A stretch of DNA of 64,000 nt from Ptychomitrium polyphyllum (GCA_973851085.1 OZ316775.1:21142001-21206000), one strand, 5' to 3'. Positions 43,700-57,300 are shown, counted from the stretch's first letter. Notes: a model not told the origin generated them from the sequence alone. Made by a program: numbers and translations.

Positions 43700-46250
43700 T
43701 CAAATCAAAGTTGGAAAACAAAATGAGGAAAAAGAAAAAATTTACCAAAATTTCAAATATGTTAAATTTTTTGGAGAAGGACATATATATTTTTATTGTT
43801 TAGATTTATATGCCTATAAGTATGTATGTATAAATTTAAATCATGGCCAACCATAATAATTATAAGCTATATTCTTATTTATATTAAGTATAAATAGGAT
43901 TGAGTATATATATGCACTATTCTAATATAAGGTATTGTATGGCATATTTAAGAAAGAAAGGTGGTAAGGCAAAGAAAATAAGGGCAAAGAAAATAAGGAC
44001 CATAGGATTGGAAAATGACAACAAAATCATTGTTTTAGAGTATAAGCCATATTTGGACAAAACACATATGAAAATATTGCACATGCTATCATGTTATTTA
44101 ATAGTTTCTTGATATAAAGAATGACTTCCTATTATAATGTTAAGAGTTGTTGATTTGATACTTTGTAAATCTTAAGGAATTATATATTTATCCATAATTC
44201 ACTCATTGATTGGGTAATTTCTTTATAAATGTCTTTTCTTAGGCTTTTGGTTTATATTTGATACTTTAAATGAAATGCTATTGTGTCTTTTGAGCTGTAA
44301 TAGACAACACTCATATTATTATTATTTGATGGATTTATTAAGCATCAATGGAAAAATTTGAAAACAAAAACTTCTTATTATAAATCAAAATTGTTATTGT
44401 AGTCATTTAATAAGGTCATCTAAATATAATTTTTAATAAAAATTATATATGTAAGACAAAATAATGTTAGCCACAACTTTCTATTTTAACCAATTATATA
44501 TTTGATATCTTTATTTAGATATCTAGTTGTAGAAGAAATCTTTAGATATATGCAATAAATATAAGAAAACATTAAAAAAACAATTGCAAATGGAAAAAAC
44601 ACTAATGTGCACTAAATTTATGAATTGAAAAATCATTGATTCTTCAAATTTGATCCAAAAATATCAAAAAAAGAAATTTAGATTGTAGTTCACTATTCAA
44701 TTAAATAGTTGGATTCTTTTATTACTCATATTTCTCCAAATCATTATTAAAGCATTTTAAAAAACATTTTTTGCTGGAATGCTTATACATGAGATGGACA
44801 TTAAGGCATCTAATTTCACCAACTTTTTATTCATAAGAATTACCATAATCTTTTTTAGAGCTTAATAGGACTATGCCAATTGGTTAACCAATTTATGAAT
44901 GTGCATATAAAGTCTTAAAGTCTTAAAACTTCAAATAATTACTTTTTGTGGAATCATTTTCCTTCTGGTTTCTACAATTTCCAAGCATTCATCACAATAC
45001 CAATTCTATTCTTCATTTAGAACTTGAAACTTCATAAAAAGTCTTTCATACTATTTGTAAGTGATGCGGGTTGTATTGTCATCATTTTTAATTCCTATTG
45101 GCTTTTTTTTAACTCATTTATTTGTTTAATTTTTTTTCCAAATTCATTTCTTCTGTGTGTTAGGATTAATCATTTTTTTAGAACCAACTTTAGGACATGT
45201 TGGATTTTCACTAATTGGTCAGTACACCTGTTGATTTTCAAGATGATCAGTTTTTGGACAGGATGTGGATTTTTTCCCTTTGAATTGAAGCTTTTTTGAC
45301 ATGGGACACCTTGAAACACTTTTGTGAAAAATCACCCCTGCTTGCACACTAGGGTAAATTGCCCTTGAAATGCTAACTCTGAGTGTTGATATCTTCCCAG
45401 CTAATCAAAAAATCATCAGCAGAACAGCCAGAAAACAACATCTAGCCATGACACTTTTCAAGAGCTGGTTATCTTATACATGCAAAATTCTTCACTGTGG
45501 TGCCATTAGAAAGTTGATCACTGGTAACAAGAGGCAACTTAAAGCCACTTGTTCATGCCTATACCATCTCTTCAAGTACACACTTGAATTCTTCAAAGGC
45601 CAGTGAACAAAGAATAGATGAAACCTTTTATGCTAGCAAGCCATTCAAAATTGAACTTCCCATGGTCACATTGTATGTACAACTTGTTATGTCTTTTCCT
45701 TCGACTTTACTACATGTCATTATCCACTCTGGATCCCAACTCCTCTTTACATTAAACATATCTTCATCTCTGATTCCACCAACCACCAACAGCTCAACTA
45801 AATAAAGAGTAAATTCCTCCAGACAACCACTTTCAATTGAAAGTTGACAATGAAATTACATAGGTTCACTTCAAAAGACCAGGCGTGGTCAAAGTAGAGA
45901 TCATAAAATTGCCTGGACTTGCCTGGACTTGATAATAGCTTTTGTCTTGATCAACTCTCACAGTACACTGTATTTCCAAGCTTGCTAAAAAAAATTCTCT
46001 GGCTGCATATGGTATCAAATTTGGATGGAAAACCGATATATGGATGACAAGGTTTTCATTCAAAGCTCTTAGCTACAACATGTTTTGGCACCACATATTT
46101 AAGCACTTCAATGTGCAGGCATTGTCCAACTGAAACACGAAGTCCTTTGCAATGAGTGGAAGTCTTCCATTATGACACAAAAAGAAAAAGTTCTGTTAGT
46201 TCTTTTGAGAAACCATCTTCCAAACAAGAGAAAAGAAAAGAATCAGAAAT
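43700..46250 (-). mobile_element. Decayed LINE-like remnant (ORF1 with zinc-knuckle relic, then AT-eroded sequence)
   Basis: A stop-riddled minus-strand frame at about 45300-46150 ends ..FKGNLP*CASRGDFSQKC (CCHC-like relic), followed by K/E-rich and very AT-rich sequence. Confidence 0.4.
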
Positions 46251-46592
46251 GATGAGTTCAAATATACTTTTGAGGTTTGAATTTTGGTTAGGAAGTTGAT
46301 GCAGTAAATAAAGTGTTCACATGTCAAGAAAGTAACAACGTTTGTACCTCGTGTGCCTAGAAGTTGTAACGTTTGTAATTTAAGGAATGATTTGAATGGA
46401 CGAGCCTACTTTTAGTGCCACGGGGCGCTCCAGCCTGGCAATACCGCACTTGGCAGCATTCGACTATGTGAAAGGACCCTTAGAATTCAAAGATCTCGAA
46501 CGAACGAGACCTCGTTGGTACCTCAGAAGTACACTACTCGATACACGGACTTCGTCCCCTTCGTCGTGGCCGTCAAACTGAAGCCACAAGGG

Positions 46593-46631
46593 ACATTGGC
46601 AGGTTGAAGGATTCCTTCAACCTGCCAATGT
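46593..46631. repeat. Perfect palindrome with 19-bp arms and a 1-nt spacer
   Basis: ACATTGGCAGGTTGAAGGA-T-TCCTTCAACCTGCCAATGT. Confidence 0.97.
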
Positions 46632-48618
46632 ATACTTGAAATCGTTAGTGCACATGAAAGCAACTTTATTTACTGAATGCAAGCAATTTATGGCTCGAAG
46701 TCTACAAAAGGCGTAGATAATATTCAGTCTTTGTATTGTGATAGTTTGTTACTAAACGTAGATTCGACAGTATCTACAACACCAGTAGACCTTCTGCTGT
46801 TATACGTAAACGTGACGTAAATACTGTAATGAGAGTAAGGTGTGCAGTGACGGTTTTGGGTGTACATTCTTCGCAACGTAGCTTCCTTCTTCAGTTTACA
46901 AGAAACCTGCCAGAGGTTTCATCCAGTTAGATCACGAGTACTACATCAGCATCGCCTTTGAATCACCTAGAGCCCTTTTGCAAACTTCGTCGCTGCCTTC
47001 ATCGTCGTCTCCGTCATCTCTGTGACATTCTTCGTCGTTGTTTTCGTCTTTGAAGGACTCGGAAGTTTGCAGCATACTTGTGTTGCAGGTGTGGCCTCCA
47101 TAGCCAGGCCGCTCGTAAGCTTGAATTCTTCCGCTGAAGCGCGCACTCTTTCCACTCCAATTTTCAGAGTTCTCATCGAAAGCAGCTTCATAGAGGTCGC
47201 TGCCGTGTTTCGGAGCGCGAACGCGCTGTAATCGGTTGTCTAACGAGTTTACGGGATTTTGTGGTGTTTCTGTGAGGCTTCACTTGCTTCTTGCGGCGGT
47301 TTGCCGCTGAGTGGCGAGAATGCGCTTACTGTGAGCGTTTTTCATCTCCCGATTCTCGTTTGATATGCGTCGGCATGACAGAATTGAGCTCATACATGCG
47401 TGCGTTATCCGTTCTGGATGGAGAGGCGGGATTATTTCTGTGTCTATTTTGTTTAAGGCGAGGATTGATTCGTGGATGTTGTTTTGCGTTTCTTCTGTGT
47501 GACATGGGAGTGTTTTTCGTTTTGAATTTTTTAGTACAGGTGCTATGAATTGTTTGCTCGTTAACGCGTCCTTAGCTCGTCTTTAGGCCTTGCGTGTACG
47601 CGATACTTTCGCCTGAAGTTTACGGCCTTTCATTTTTCCTGTTTAGCCTTGACAATCCTTTGCAGTGTCGAGTACAGGACTTCATTTCCTCTGTCTTCAT
47701 ACGTCTTAAGTGAGTCGTCCACTGAAATGGACTTATTGCATTTTCTTGGCGTTGCTTTTAGGCTATCTTCTTCTACCTCTACGAAACGTTTTTTACAAAT
47801 AGCTCTTTGATATGTGGAAACTCCACTTCATCAGTTCTCGTTGTACAATTCTCGGTTATCAGGGCTGTTCTAGAGGCTACAGCTATCCTGCTACTACGTT
47901 GATCTTTTCTTGAAACGTAGTTCGGTTACCTTCCGCTTCTCTATTACTCTGCGAAGTGTATAGTCTCTACTTCAATGTACCAGGGCTTTAGAACACAGCC
48001 TGCAGAAGTTGGTAGGCTTCGTGAGATGCACTGTGCATGCTTCGAAGTTAGGAAATAATTCTCGAGTTATTTTTTTTATGTTCAGTTTCTTAATATCACT
48101 ATTTGTTCCTAGGCTTTTAATTACGTTGGTTTAAGTTTAGCTGTCTGCTGGAACATCGAAGGCAAATCAAAGCTTCCGTTGGCTTCGGCATTTTATCTTC
48201 TCTTTTTATCAGTGCGGAAGGATAGTATCCATGTGCTAAGAATGTCTGGTTCCTTCGATGTTAGAGCAGCTGCTTGATAAATTTCTCTGTTCTTCTGCTG
48301 TGGAAGTGCTCTTAGGCTGACGAGCGTGTTCTTGCGATGATATTGAGTCAACAGTGTGTCGTTCTCAAAATCTAGGATTTTCCTTTAGCGCAATGTCAAA
48401 TTTGTCTTATACACGTGTTCGAGACTGCTGTTGCGATGTTGAAGTGTTTGTGGTCGATCTTTACACGGTTAAGGACTCGAAGTTCTGCTCATTCGCTTTT
48501 TATGTTGTTGTAATGTCCACTTGATGAAATGTGCTCTTTATGAACAGTTCAAGCGATCAGAATAATAGACTACTGCGGAATGCGTGTGCAGCGCACTGCA
48601 AGAATCCCCTGAATGCAG

Positions 48619-49509
48619 ATGATATCTGAGGTACGTAGCAGGTTTTCCAGTAGATCTTCAAAATTTATCGTTGGAAGAATATGATTATATGAGCGTATGT
48701 ATTCAAAAATATGTTCCTGTAGACGAGTATTAGTGAATTGACCTTCTAGGTGTGCAATCTTGTGTTATTGTAGAATTTGGAACTGTCAGTGGCATTTACT
48801 GGCTTCTGCAACTCAATGGTATTCCTTGTTTGTGCTTTTTGCAGAGAAGCTTGTCATGGCAGCACCTTATGCAGGGCTAGTTGATAGTATGAGGTCATTA
48901 TTTAAACAGCAACGCAATGTTGTAACTAATTATATATGTGTCCCTGTCCTGATGTTCAGACGGCATTGCCAGGTATTTGCGTAGCACCATATACCTATTT
49001 GGATGAAGAATAAGTGTATATGTTGTGTTTAGAGTCACACACAAGGAATCGATGTGCTTTACCAAATTATTTCTATCTGATATGCACCAGTAGATTTGCT
49101 GACTATTAACCCATGAATCTGAAATATTTGTTCTTGTTGTTATCAGAAAGCGGTGTTCTTTTTACGAAAGCTGGCAAGCCAGCCTTTGCTTTTGTACACT
49201 CTTTTTTGGACATTAATGCTTGCAGCAACCGTGACGGTAGCTGCTCTCAGTCTGGAGATGGGTTTTAGTACTGCTATTTCCTCTCACATGGAAATAGCCG
49301 AGGCCTGTGCTTTGCAAAGTAACAAAGCTTCGCCATCCTGTCGACAGTGCTTCCGGTTGCCACTTGATGGTCCCCGTGATGGTCTTTGTGTTCCTGCAAA
49401 TATGTTCAAGAAATCAAGGATGGATTTTGCAATTCCACCCATATTTGCCGCCCTTGTAGTAACTGCGTCTGCCTTGTTCGTTCAAGGCCTGGGGCTTTGG
49501 AGTTACTAG
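48619..49509 (+). CDS. Small multi-pass membrane protein of unknown function (about 124 aa)
   Basis: The main exon 49147-49509 follows TATCAG and encodes hydrophobic helices flanking a Cys-containing loop (C..RLPLDGP...CVPA...S.MDFAIPPIFAAL). The likely start is ATGATATCTGAG|GTACGT at 48619-48630. A probable non-coding first exon lies near 47.0-47.2 kb. Confidence 0.7.
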
Positions 49510-51893
49510 CTCTTCTCTGTCACAAAACGACGATGCGTACGTATGTAGAAATATACATTCACATGGCAAGGTTTCGGACCCCATATATATTATGGCAGTT
49601 TATGATGAGATCATTAATCTGCACTTTGTTGGATAGTACCAGGCGATAAAGCTGTTCACGCAATGAGGGGACACTAGTATTGTTCCAGGGAGTTGGCCGA
49701 GGAAGGTCATCAAATTGAAGGTGCGAGCAGGCTCACTTCGTGATGATGATACCAGCTCGTTTATGCGGGTGGTACTTTCCCGATCACATAAGCATGTGCT
49801 TTTGTACCGTTGAGATCTATGGCCACTAGCAACAATGTGTCTCTTACTATCTAGCTGTTTTGTGGACGGTTAGTAGAATAACTTATCATTTTTAGGAATT
49901 GTACCATATTATAGTGATGGCTGCAATTAAGTTTAGAGTGTAAATCGCAGAAAATATATTTCAGTTATCAGGGCGTCCTTCTGAAAGGCAGAAGTGATGA
50001 CAATTGTCCATATTGGAATGTCTCAAAAGTGCGTCATTCTTTTAAATTTGCATGTATGCTACAATGGCCTTGGAGCAAATGAGGATCTCATGATTTTGGT
50101 TTTTGTTTGTGAAAGTGTGGCTTTCATCTATTCATAGGCTACATAATGTTGCATATTATCGGAAGATAATAATTGTTTAAAATATGGGAAAGTGGTTCGA
50201 ATGACATGTTTGAAGTTTCTTGTTTGAAACCTTCAGACTCAGTGCGCACTGTGCTATGGTTCAGTTTTTCTAACTAAGATAACAAGACTTGGTAGTCACT
50301 GGTCACAGGCCGATTGTTTCTCTGTGCTGACATCTACAGGTAGTTTGACTGCTTTGAGATGACGACTTGACATAGAAGAGTCAACATTTGCGTCATTGAT
50401 GATTTCTGGTATCACAGTTCAAGGGGCTGTATGGTAAGTAAGAATTTCTTTCGTACAGCTCTAGTATTGGTACCCACTACCGAATTTCTAGATCCGATTG
50501 TAAGGTTTCCAACAAAGACACGAGGGCTGCAACCTTGAAGTTGAAGATAGTTGTTATTGTGTTCACTTGAGCGCCCTTAATTGAGCACCTGCTTTGTAGA
50601 ATGTTTGACTCTGAGCTTTCCTTTCCCTATGTGTTATGGTCAAAGCATTGCTGATGCAAATAGACAAGTTGAATGGTCATTGGAAGTTGGCGGTAGTTGC
50701 ATCTACCTTGCTAAAGTGTGAGCTAATGTGTACATGCTTATCTGTAGCCGAAGGCCAACTCGAGGAGGGGGTTATGACAGGTTTGAGTGCCTACTACATC
50801 TTCCACTACGAACTGGTGTATTTGGTGCAAGCCTGCTCCGTATTTCTCAAGCGTGTCCAGTCTGGTATGATCCATAAGACAGTCCTCAGTGTGATCTTCT
50901 GTAGGATTGCACAGCTACTCCAACCCCAGCAACAGTTACACGAGGTGTTGAGTTCCCAAAAGCACCAAAACTCTGCATGGTTTGTGAGTATACGGTTGTG
51001 AGGTAGTAAGTATCAAATTTTGTGGTTGGATTGTGTGGTATAATATTACGACCATTGCCCTGTGTTGCCATACTCGACGATGTTTTTTTGACAGATGCGT
51101 TTGGAATTAGAACAATTTCTGAACCATATTAATTCAGAAATAATCGTTACTTTCCTCCCTGAGATGAAGACACGTTTTGCTGCTTTCATCCTTTACAATC
51201 TACTTCAATGAGTATTAAGCGAATAAGCTGCTAACAAGTCCCTCACTTTTAAAAAACTCCAGCGCATGGAAAACTCGCTCTTACTGACACAGTTTCCTTA
51301 GTAACCTGAATTGCGCATGAAACTATGGCCACAGCTTGGCCCGAATATCAGTTCATGTCGGTCCGTTACGCTAGTGAAGTCATTGTTACGAAGAACTAAG
51401 AGGAACACCCTCGTGTCGAGCTTCGGCTGTACTTATCTTGAAGTTTAACACATTTAGTGGAGCTCCTAACGAGGATGAATAAACTAGGTTGGATGAAGTA
51501 GAACGAAACCCTACACCCATAGGCTGAGGTTTCACTTCCCAGTGGATTCTTGTCTCAGAAGGTGAACTCTGCTACCAATTACGATCTAGCCCAGGATGTG
51601 CTCATGAATCTCACCAACAGACGTCGAACTTGCCATCAGCGTTTCCGTGCGCGGAGCTTGTTCTCGTAGAGTGGGGTTTCCAAATCCAGTAGAGGTCGGG
51701 GGGTTTAATGTGTGAATCCATTGCGTCGTGTCATTGACTTGAACGTCGCGGAGCTCGTCGGAGACACTTCGTGTGCAGTGTCGTGATTTGGTGGTTGTGG
51801 TTTTGATCGCAGCTGGGTGGTTTGGTTGGTGCTACGGGCGTGGTGTGCAGATAACCTATCAAATCAGCTGGGAATTTGACGTTGTTTGTCTAA

Positions 51894-54800
51894 ATGAGTG
51901 CCGGAAAGTTCTGGAGCTTCTTGCTCCTGTCACTTATTTGCAACGTTTCCGCCAACTGGGTGAACCCTGAGCACGCAACGAGCGCACAGTTTCCGCAGGG
52001 GCAAGCTGAGCGCATGATCAAGGCGTTGAACCTGATTCCAGGCGCGTCAGACGGATCTGGCGATGATGTGCTAGGTGGACCTAGTTTGCAGGAACGGAGC
52101 ATCAAATTGGACATTGGAGGGGATGCCGGGATCAGTACCGAGGAGCTCGGGCAGTACGCTGGCTACTTCAAACTCGCAAGGACACACGCTGCTAAGTAAG
52201 GTTACTGCTCTGTGTTTTTTTGAAATTTCATTTGTTATTTGTTTGGATCCGATGTGCATGTGGGACATTTCTGTAGGATAAGAAATTAGCACTAGGTAGA
52301 CTTATGCCTTGTTATGACCTTTCTTCTGTAGATGTAATCGATGACAGAGTTAAGCTTCGGCACTGTGTACTTTGAACTACTTTGATTTGGTCACATTCGG
52401 TTGAGTCATTTGAAGATAATTCGTCGTATATTTGATGTAAATTTGGAGTTTTGATGATCTAGAATGGAGGAATAAACGGTGTATGCGAATTTACATTAAT
52501 TGGCACATGGGGGTTATGGTGAAAAATCCGCAGGATGTTTTACTTCTTCTTTGAGTCACGAGGTAACAAGACAGACGACCCTGTGGTGCTGTGGATGACT
52601 GGTGGTCCCGGCTGTGCAAGCGAGCTTGCGTTATTTTACGAGAATGGCCCTTTCAAAATCACCGACAATCTCACCCTTGTCTGGAATGATTATGGATGGG
52701 ATAAGGTGTATTTTCTTGCTTTGAAAGAACAGAGTTAGCATTTTATGAGATTCTAGACACATTATTCTGTTGAAGTTGCCACTTCATTGTTTTAAGTAAT
52801 TGCGCAATATTACTGATACAACAGTTGAAAACAGGTTTCAAACATCATCTTCGTGGATCAACCTGTGGGGACAGGCTTTAGTTACAGCACTGATATACGT
52901 GACATTCGCCACAACGAGGAGGGAGTGGGTGAAGACATGTACGACTTCTTTCAGGTTCGGGACTTCCATTGTTGTACATAAATGATTCGGTTCATTGAGT
53001 TGCAGTGTGGTGTCTGCTATGAACATGCTGTATTTGTGCAAGCACAGTGGTTGACGACGTTGTCTCTCAGGATTGATTCTACACCATTTGTGTTCTCTTA
53101 TAATATGTATTTTGGTGGCAGGCATTCTTCCTAGCACATCCAGAGTATGCGAAGAACAAGTTTTTCGTCACTGGTGAGTCCTATGCAGGCCACTATGTTC
53201 CTGCGGTTGCTGGACGCCTACACAAGGCGCTGAAGAAGAAAGAGGGTGTTCCCGTCAATTTGCAGGTGCTAATAGTTCCCTTGTAACCACAGCAGCATAG
53301 CAACTCTACTAATTATTTGTCAGCCATTGTATGTACAAGTTGAACTTCAACTTGAAACTATTGATATGATAGTTCTGATTTGTCAGCCATTGTATGTACA
53401 AGATGAACTTTAACTTTAACTTTAACTTTCTAGTTTTTTCTGCATGTCCCTATGGAGGCTTAACGCCGTTCATATTGTTTTTCGTGCAGGGTTTTGCAAT
53501 TGGAAACGGCCTCACTCAACCTGATATTCAGTATGAAGCTTATGCTGACTACGCCCTGGATATGAATCTTATTAGTGTAGCAGATCACGCTAAATTAAAC
53601 AAGCTATATCCAGCTTGTGCGGCATCTCTCAAACTTTGTGGTAAGGCTTCACCAGAATGAGTGCAGAATCTGATGTCTATGGTTCTTGTGAGGTTGATTA
53701 CGTTAAGAAATCCTGAGCACTATTGATATGATAGTTCCTGTTACTAAATACGGTAGTTCTTATTTTACTCTTTTCTTTATTTGAAGCATTGATTATCTTT
53801 GAAGAAGCTAAGTGCAGTGTGCTGCTGACTCCGATGTTGACTTGGATATTGATTGCTTCCTGACGTGTAGGTCCGAAAGGAACCATCGGTTGCATTGCAG
53901 CTCTCATTATCTGTCAGACTATTTTCAGTTCTATCTTGGCAATTACTGGGAATATCAACGTAAGTTTTTTATCCTTTTCAGGTTTACAATTTAAAAATTT
54001 CCAAATGTATGTTATCAGTTTAATATGGTACCCTTCCTTCCCGTACAGTCCTTCCTGGAATTCACATGCGGAGAGGAGCCACCGTTGGAAGGTAGTAGAG
54101 TAATGTCGCAAGTCGTCTTCCTGTGAATACGATTATAATCGAAACGGACGAAGAAATGTAAATTTGGATCAAAAGCATTTTTTTTTATGAAAATGGTAGC
54201 ATTTTCTTTCGTGAAGCTGATGACCTTGCTTTTTTTTTTGCAGTATTATGACGTTAGGAAGGAATGCCAGGGTTCTCTTTGCTATGACTTTTCAAATCTG
54301 GACAACTTCTTGAACAATGCAACAACTCGAGAAGCCTTGGGCGTTGGGAACCGAAAGTTTGTGGCATGTAGTCCCTTGGTGTATGAAGCCATGATTGTTG
54401 ATTGGATGAAGAATCTTGAGAAGGGAATCCCAGATCTTTTGGAAGACGGAATTGAGCTCCTTGTCTATGCCGGAGAATTTGACCTGATTTGCAATTGGTT
54501 GGGTTAGTAACATGAAATCCCGACACTCAAATCGTTTGCAGGTTTTACTAATCCAGGATTATAAATTATACCATGAATCAACGAATTGCTATCCCTATCG
54601 GTGTCTCATGTAGTCAAGTGAATTTCAAAGAGAGGACCAAGTCATGTGTTCGAGAATTTCTATCATAGCTTCGTCATGTCTTGTGCTCCTTTTCAGCACA
54701 CAATTGATCGTAGCATGTTTTTACAATCACAGTAGTCGTTGTCAAGAGAATCTAACTCAAGTATGCTTTAACATCCATATGGCTGTCAACTATTTTGGAA

Positions 54801-55353
54801 CCCATTATAAGTTGATGATATCGTTTTAAGAGAGCAGGTTATGTTCTCATTCTCAGCCCGTTTTCGTTTTTTCGTATGCAGGTAATTCCAGGTGGGTAAC
54901 AGCAATGCCATGGTCTGGCCAGATGGAGTATGCCAAGGCTGTCTGGAAAGAGTTCCAAGTCGATGGCAAAGAAGCTGGTCTTACAAAGGGCTATGGATCT
55001 CTGCAATTCCTGAAGGTATTCCACCTGCTTGTTTCGTCCATTCTTACCGCTTGGGATGACCGACTGCTTTTCTTTCTTGCTAAGCAACCGTATTGTTTTC
55101 GTTTTTTTGTCAGTCCAACTTATTTGCAACCCGCTACTTAATTCACAATTTTCGAATAATTCTCATCTTCCTGTGTGACCTACATTCACAGGTACATGAT
55201 GCTGGCCATATGGTACCAATGGATCAGCCCAAGAACTCGCTTGAAATGCTGTATCGCTGGACGAGAGGAAAGTCGCTTGGTGATAAGGTTCCTGCCGCAA
55301 CTATCATCAAAGAGATCCCGAGCAAAGGAGATTCCCATACTAAATCTGGTTGA
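51894..55353 (+). CDS. Serine carboxypeptidase-like protein (S10 family, carboxypeptidase III / SCPL47-49 type), 9 exons
   Basis: Signal peptide, then MFYFFFESR, WMTGGPGCAS, VDQPVGTGFSY, catalytic GESYAG (~53173-53190), DLICNWLG and DAGHMVPMDQP. Approximate exons: 51894-52195, 52534-52705, 52834-52955, 53122-53265, 53490-53641, 53871-53959, 54244-54502, 54882-55015, 55192-55353. Confidence 0.95.
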
Positions 55354-56801
55354 GCTACCACTTGTCCTACTATTCGAACAGATACATACGTAATAACCAA
55401 GAGTCGATGACATAGATGTATAGTTCATGTACAGTCAATTGTAAAGCTTAATTTCCGGGATACTCTGTTGAGATGCTGAGACCCTCTGAAATATTTTATT
55501 TGAAATTAAGTCAAATGGTTGTTGAGAACTGGTTCTTATTTGTGGAGCGTATTTCTGTATTGTACTGGGCTGGTATGCAATGTTAAACTTGACCTGTTAA
55601 CACTCTGATCGCCTGCAAATTGTGATTGGTAACAAGATTTATGACTATTATTTTAGGACCTTGGATATGATTTGGAGATTCAGCTGTTGTCGGTCTCTCT
55701 TGCCTTGAAATCTATCAGTTTCACAATAATGAAGACTTGCAAGAGTGAAGATCCACAATTGAGCAAATTTTATACAAGAAACTCACGAATTGATACACTA
55801 AAGATCAAATCATCCAATAACTGCAAAACACAACGCTGCAACCACCGAATGAATATTACAAACCCACCGAAAAATCCCTCGAGATACATAAGAGAGGAAT
55901 CTGAAGTTAACATGCAGAGATGAAACGTTGTAATCTACCTGCAAAGAAAACAGACCTGAAGATCATACGTGGAAGATCCGGGTATTTTTGACGTACATTG
56001 CACTTGCATTCCGGCCACATTACCCACGTTACACCCACTGTCACACCCAACCAGAAATTTAAAAAAGAAGCAGCAAATGCTAGAAAGGTGCAGCTCAGTC
56101 CATCGAAATTAGTTGCACAAAAAACGACGGAAATATTTCTGAGAGGAGGTGACGTTCTTGATGTAAATGAAGTCTCAAGAGCGAACCCAGTTGCATCACA
56201 AGATAGACGAGAATTGATCGCATGAAAAGTGCAAGAAAAAATCCAATAGCCACACAAATTGCACCAACACATCGCTCTAATCACAAACCCCAAAATGTGG
56301 TGCTACAAATGAAAGAGCCCAGGTGCCAAAAAACCACCTCGAAACTCAGATCGTATCAAACCATCTGGAACATGTTACAAACTCACCAGAGATGACGCCA
56401 CTTCGACATGCACCTCTTTCGAGAAAGACTAATCATCCAAGTTGCAACTCTATAACCAGTCAAAGGCTGTGAGCACCACATACCCGAAGCTTCACCTTCA
56501 CTAAATTCAGGTTCTAACCACTCTGCCAGAAGATTAAGCTCAAAGTCAGTACCAGTGATGCTACCCCCGACCAATCAATCAAAGGGCACATAAAGTGAAA
56601 ACAATCCAGTCAAACATCCATTGTAAAACTCCAATTTCCCCTGTTCACCTAACCCTCCAGTGCAAGCCTAAGAGCTGGATTGACACCACGACAAATACCA
56701 GCTTCACGTCAAGGGTTGCCAAAACCCTAAATCCGACACAAAACGCCCAATTTTGCCCTCCCGGCTGTGACATATCCTCTTGACCGCCTTCAAACGTGCG
56801 C

Positions 56802-56972
56802 TCAAGCCATAAGGTCGAGCTCTTTGATTCCTAGAGCAACTAGCGAAATGACGAACCCCAGCAGAATGCTATGTGTGGTGGTCATGATAGTCTGCTCATA
56901 CGCTAACAGCGTGAACACGGCGCCCACGAACCCCACCGCGATGGCCACCTTGTCGCTTTTGCGGATCGCCAT
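56802..56972 (-). CDS. 56-aa two-helix membrane microprotein
   Basis: Good start context GAAG-ATG-G. The protein is MAIRKSDKVAIAVGFVGAVFTLLAYEQTIMTTTHSILLGFVISLVALGIKELDLMA*. Third codon positions are GC-rich. The ORF is preceded by a (GTT)n leader and promoter-like motifs. Confidence 0.75.
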   Translation of the reverse strand: MAIRKSDKVAIAVGFVGAVFTLLAYEQTIMTTTHSILLGFVISLVALGIKELDLMA

Positions 56973-57008
56973 CTTCGACTTCCTTGCTAGCTAGCTCCTA
57001 AACTAAAC

Positions 57009-57009
<1 letters not shown>

Positions 57010-57055
<46 letters not shown>
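57010..57055. repeat. (CAA)n microsatellite, read as (GTT)n in the microprotein 5' leader
   Basis: Direct reading, about 15 units. Confidence 0.95.
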
Positions 57056-57056
<1 letters not shown>

Positions 57057-57277
57057 GAACTAGACACTAGACACAGACTGCAATGGTTCCACGAGTGGCG
57101 CTAATCCAGCACGATGTCAACAACAGCGGCCTGCGACTCCAGAGGAGCTTTGCCAGGATGTATGGATCCTCCGAAAAGTAAACCTGAGCGACGACGTTGC
57201 GGAATCTAGACAAAGCATAACGACGCAGCTTGTCACCGCGTCTCCGCAGACGCCCCCTTTGCCGACTCCTCGTTTGC

Positions 57278-57300
57278 GCCACGTGTGCCGGTTTGATTGG
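57278..57300 (-). promoter_or_regulatory. Candidate G-box/ABRE (GCCACGTG) and CCAAT box upstream of the microprotein gene
   Basis: gccacgtgtg at 57278-57287 and attgg at 57296-57300 (CCAAT on the minus strand). Motif match only. Confidence 0.4.
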
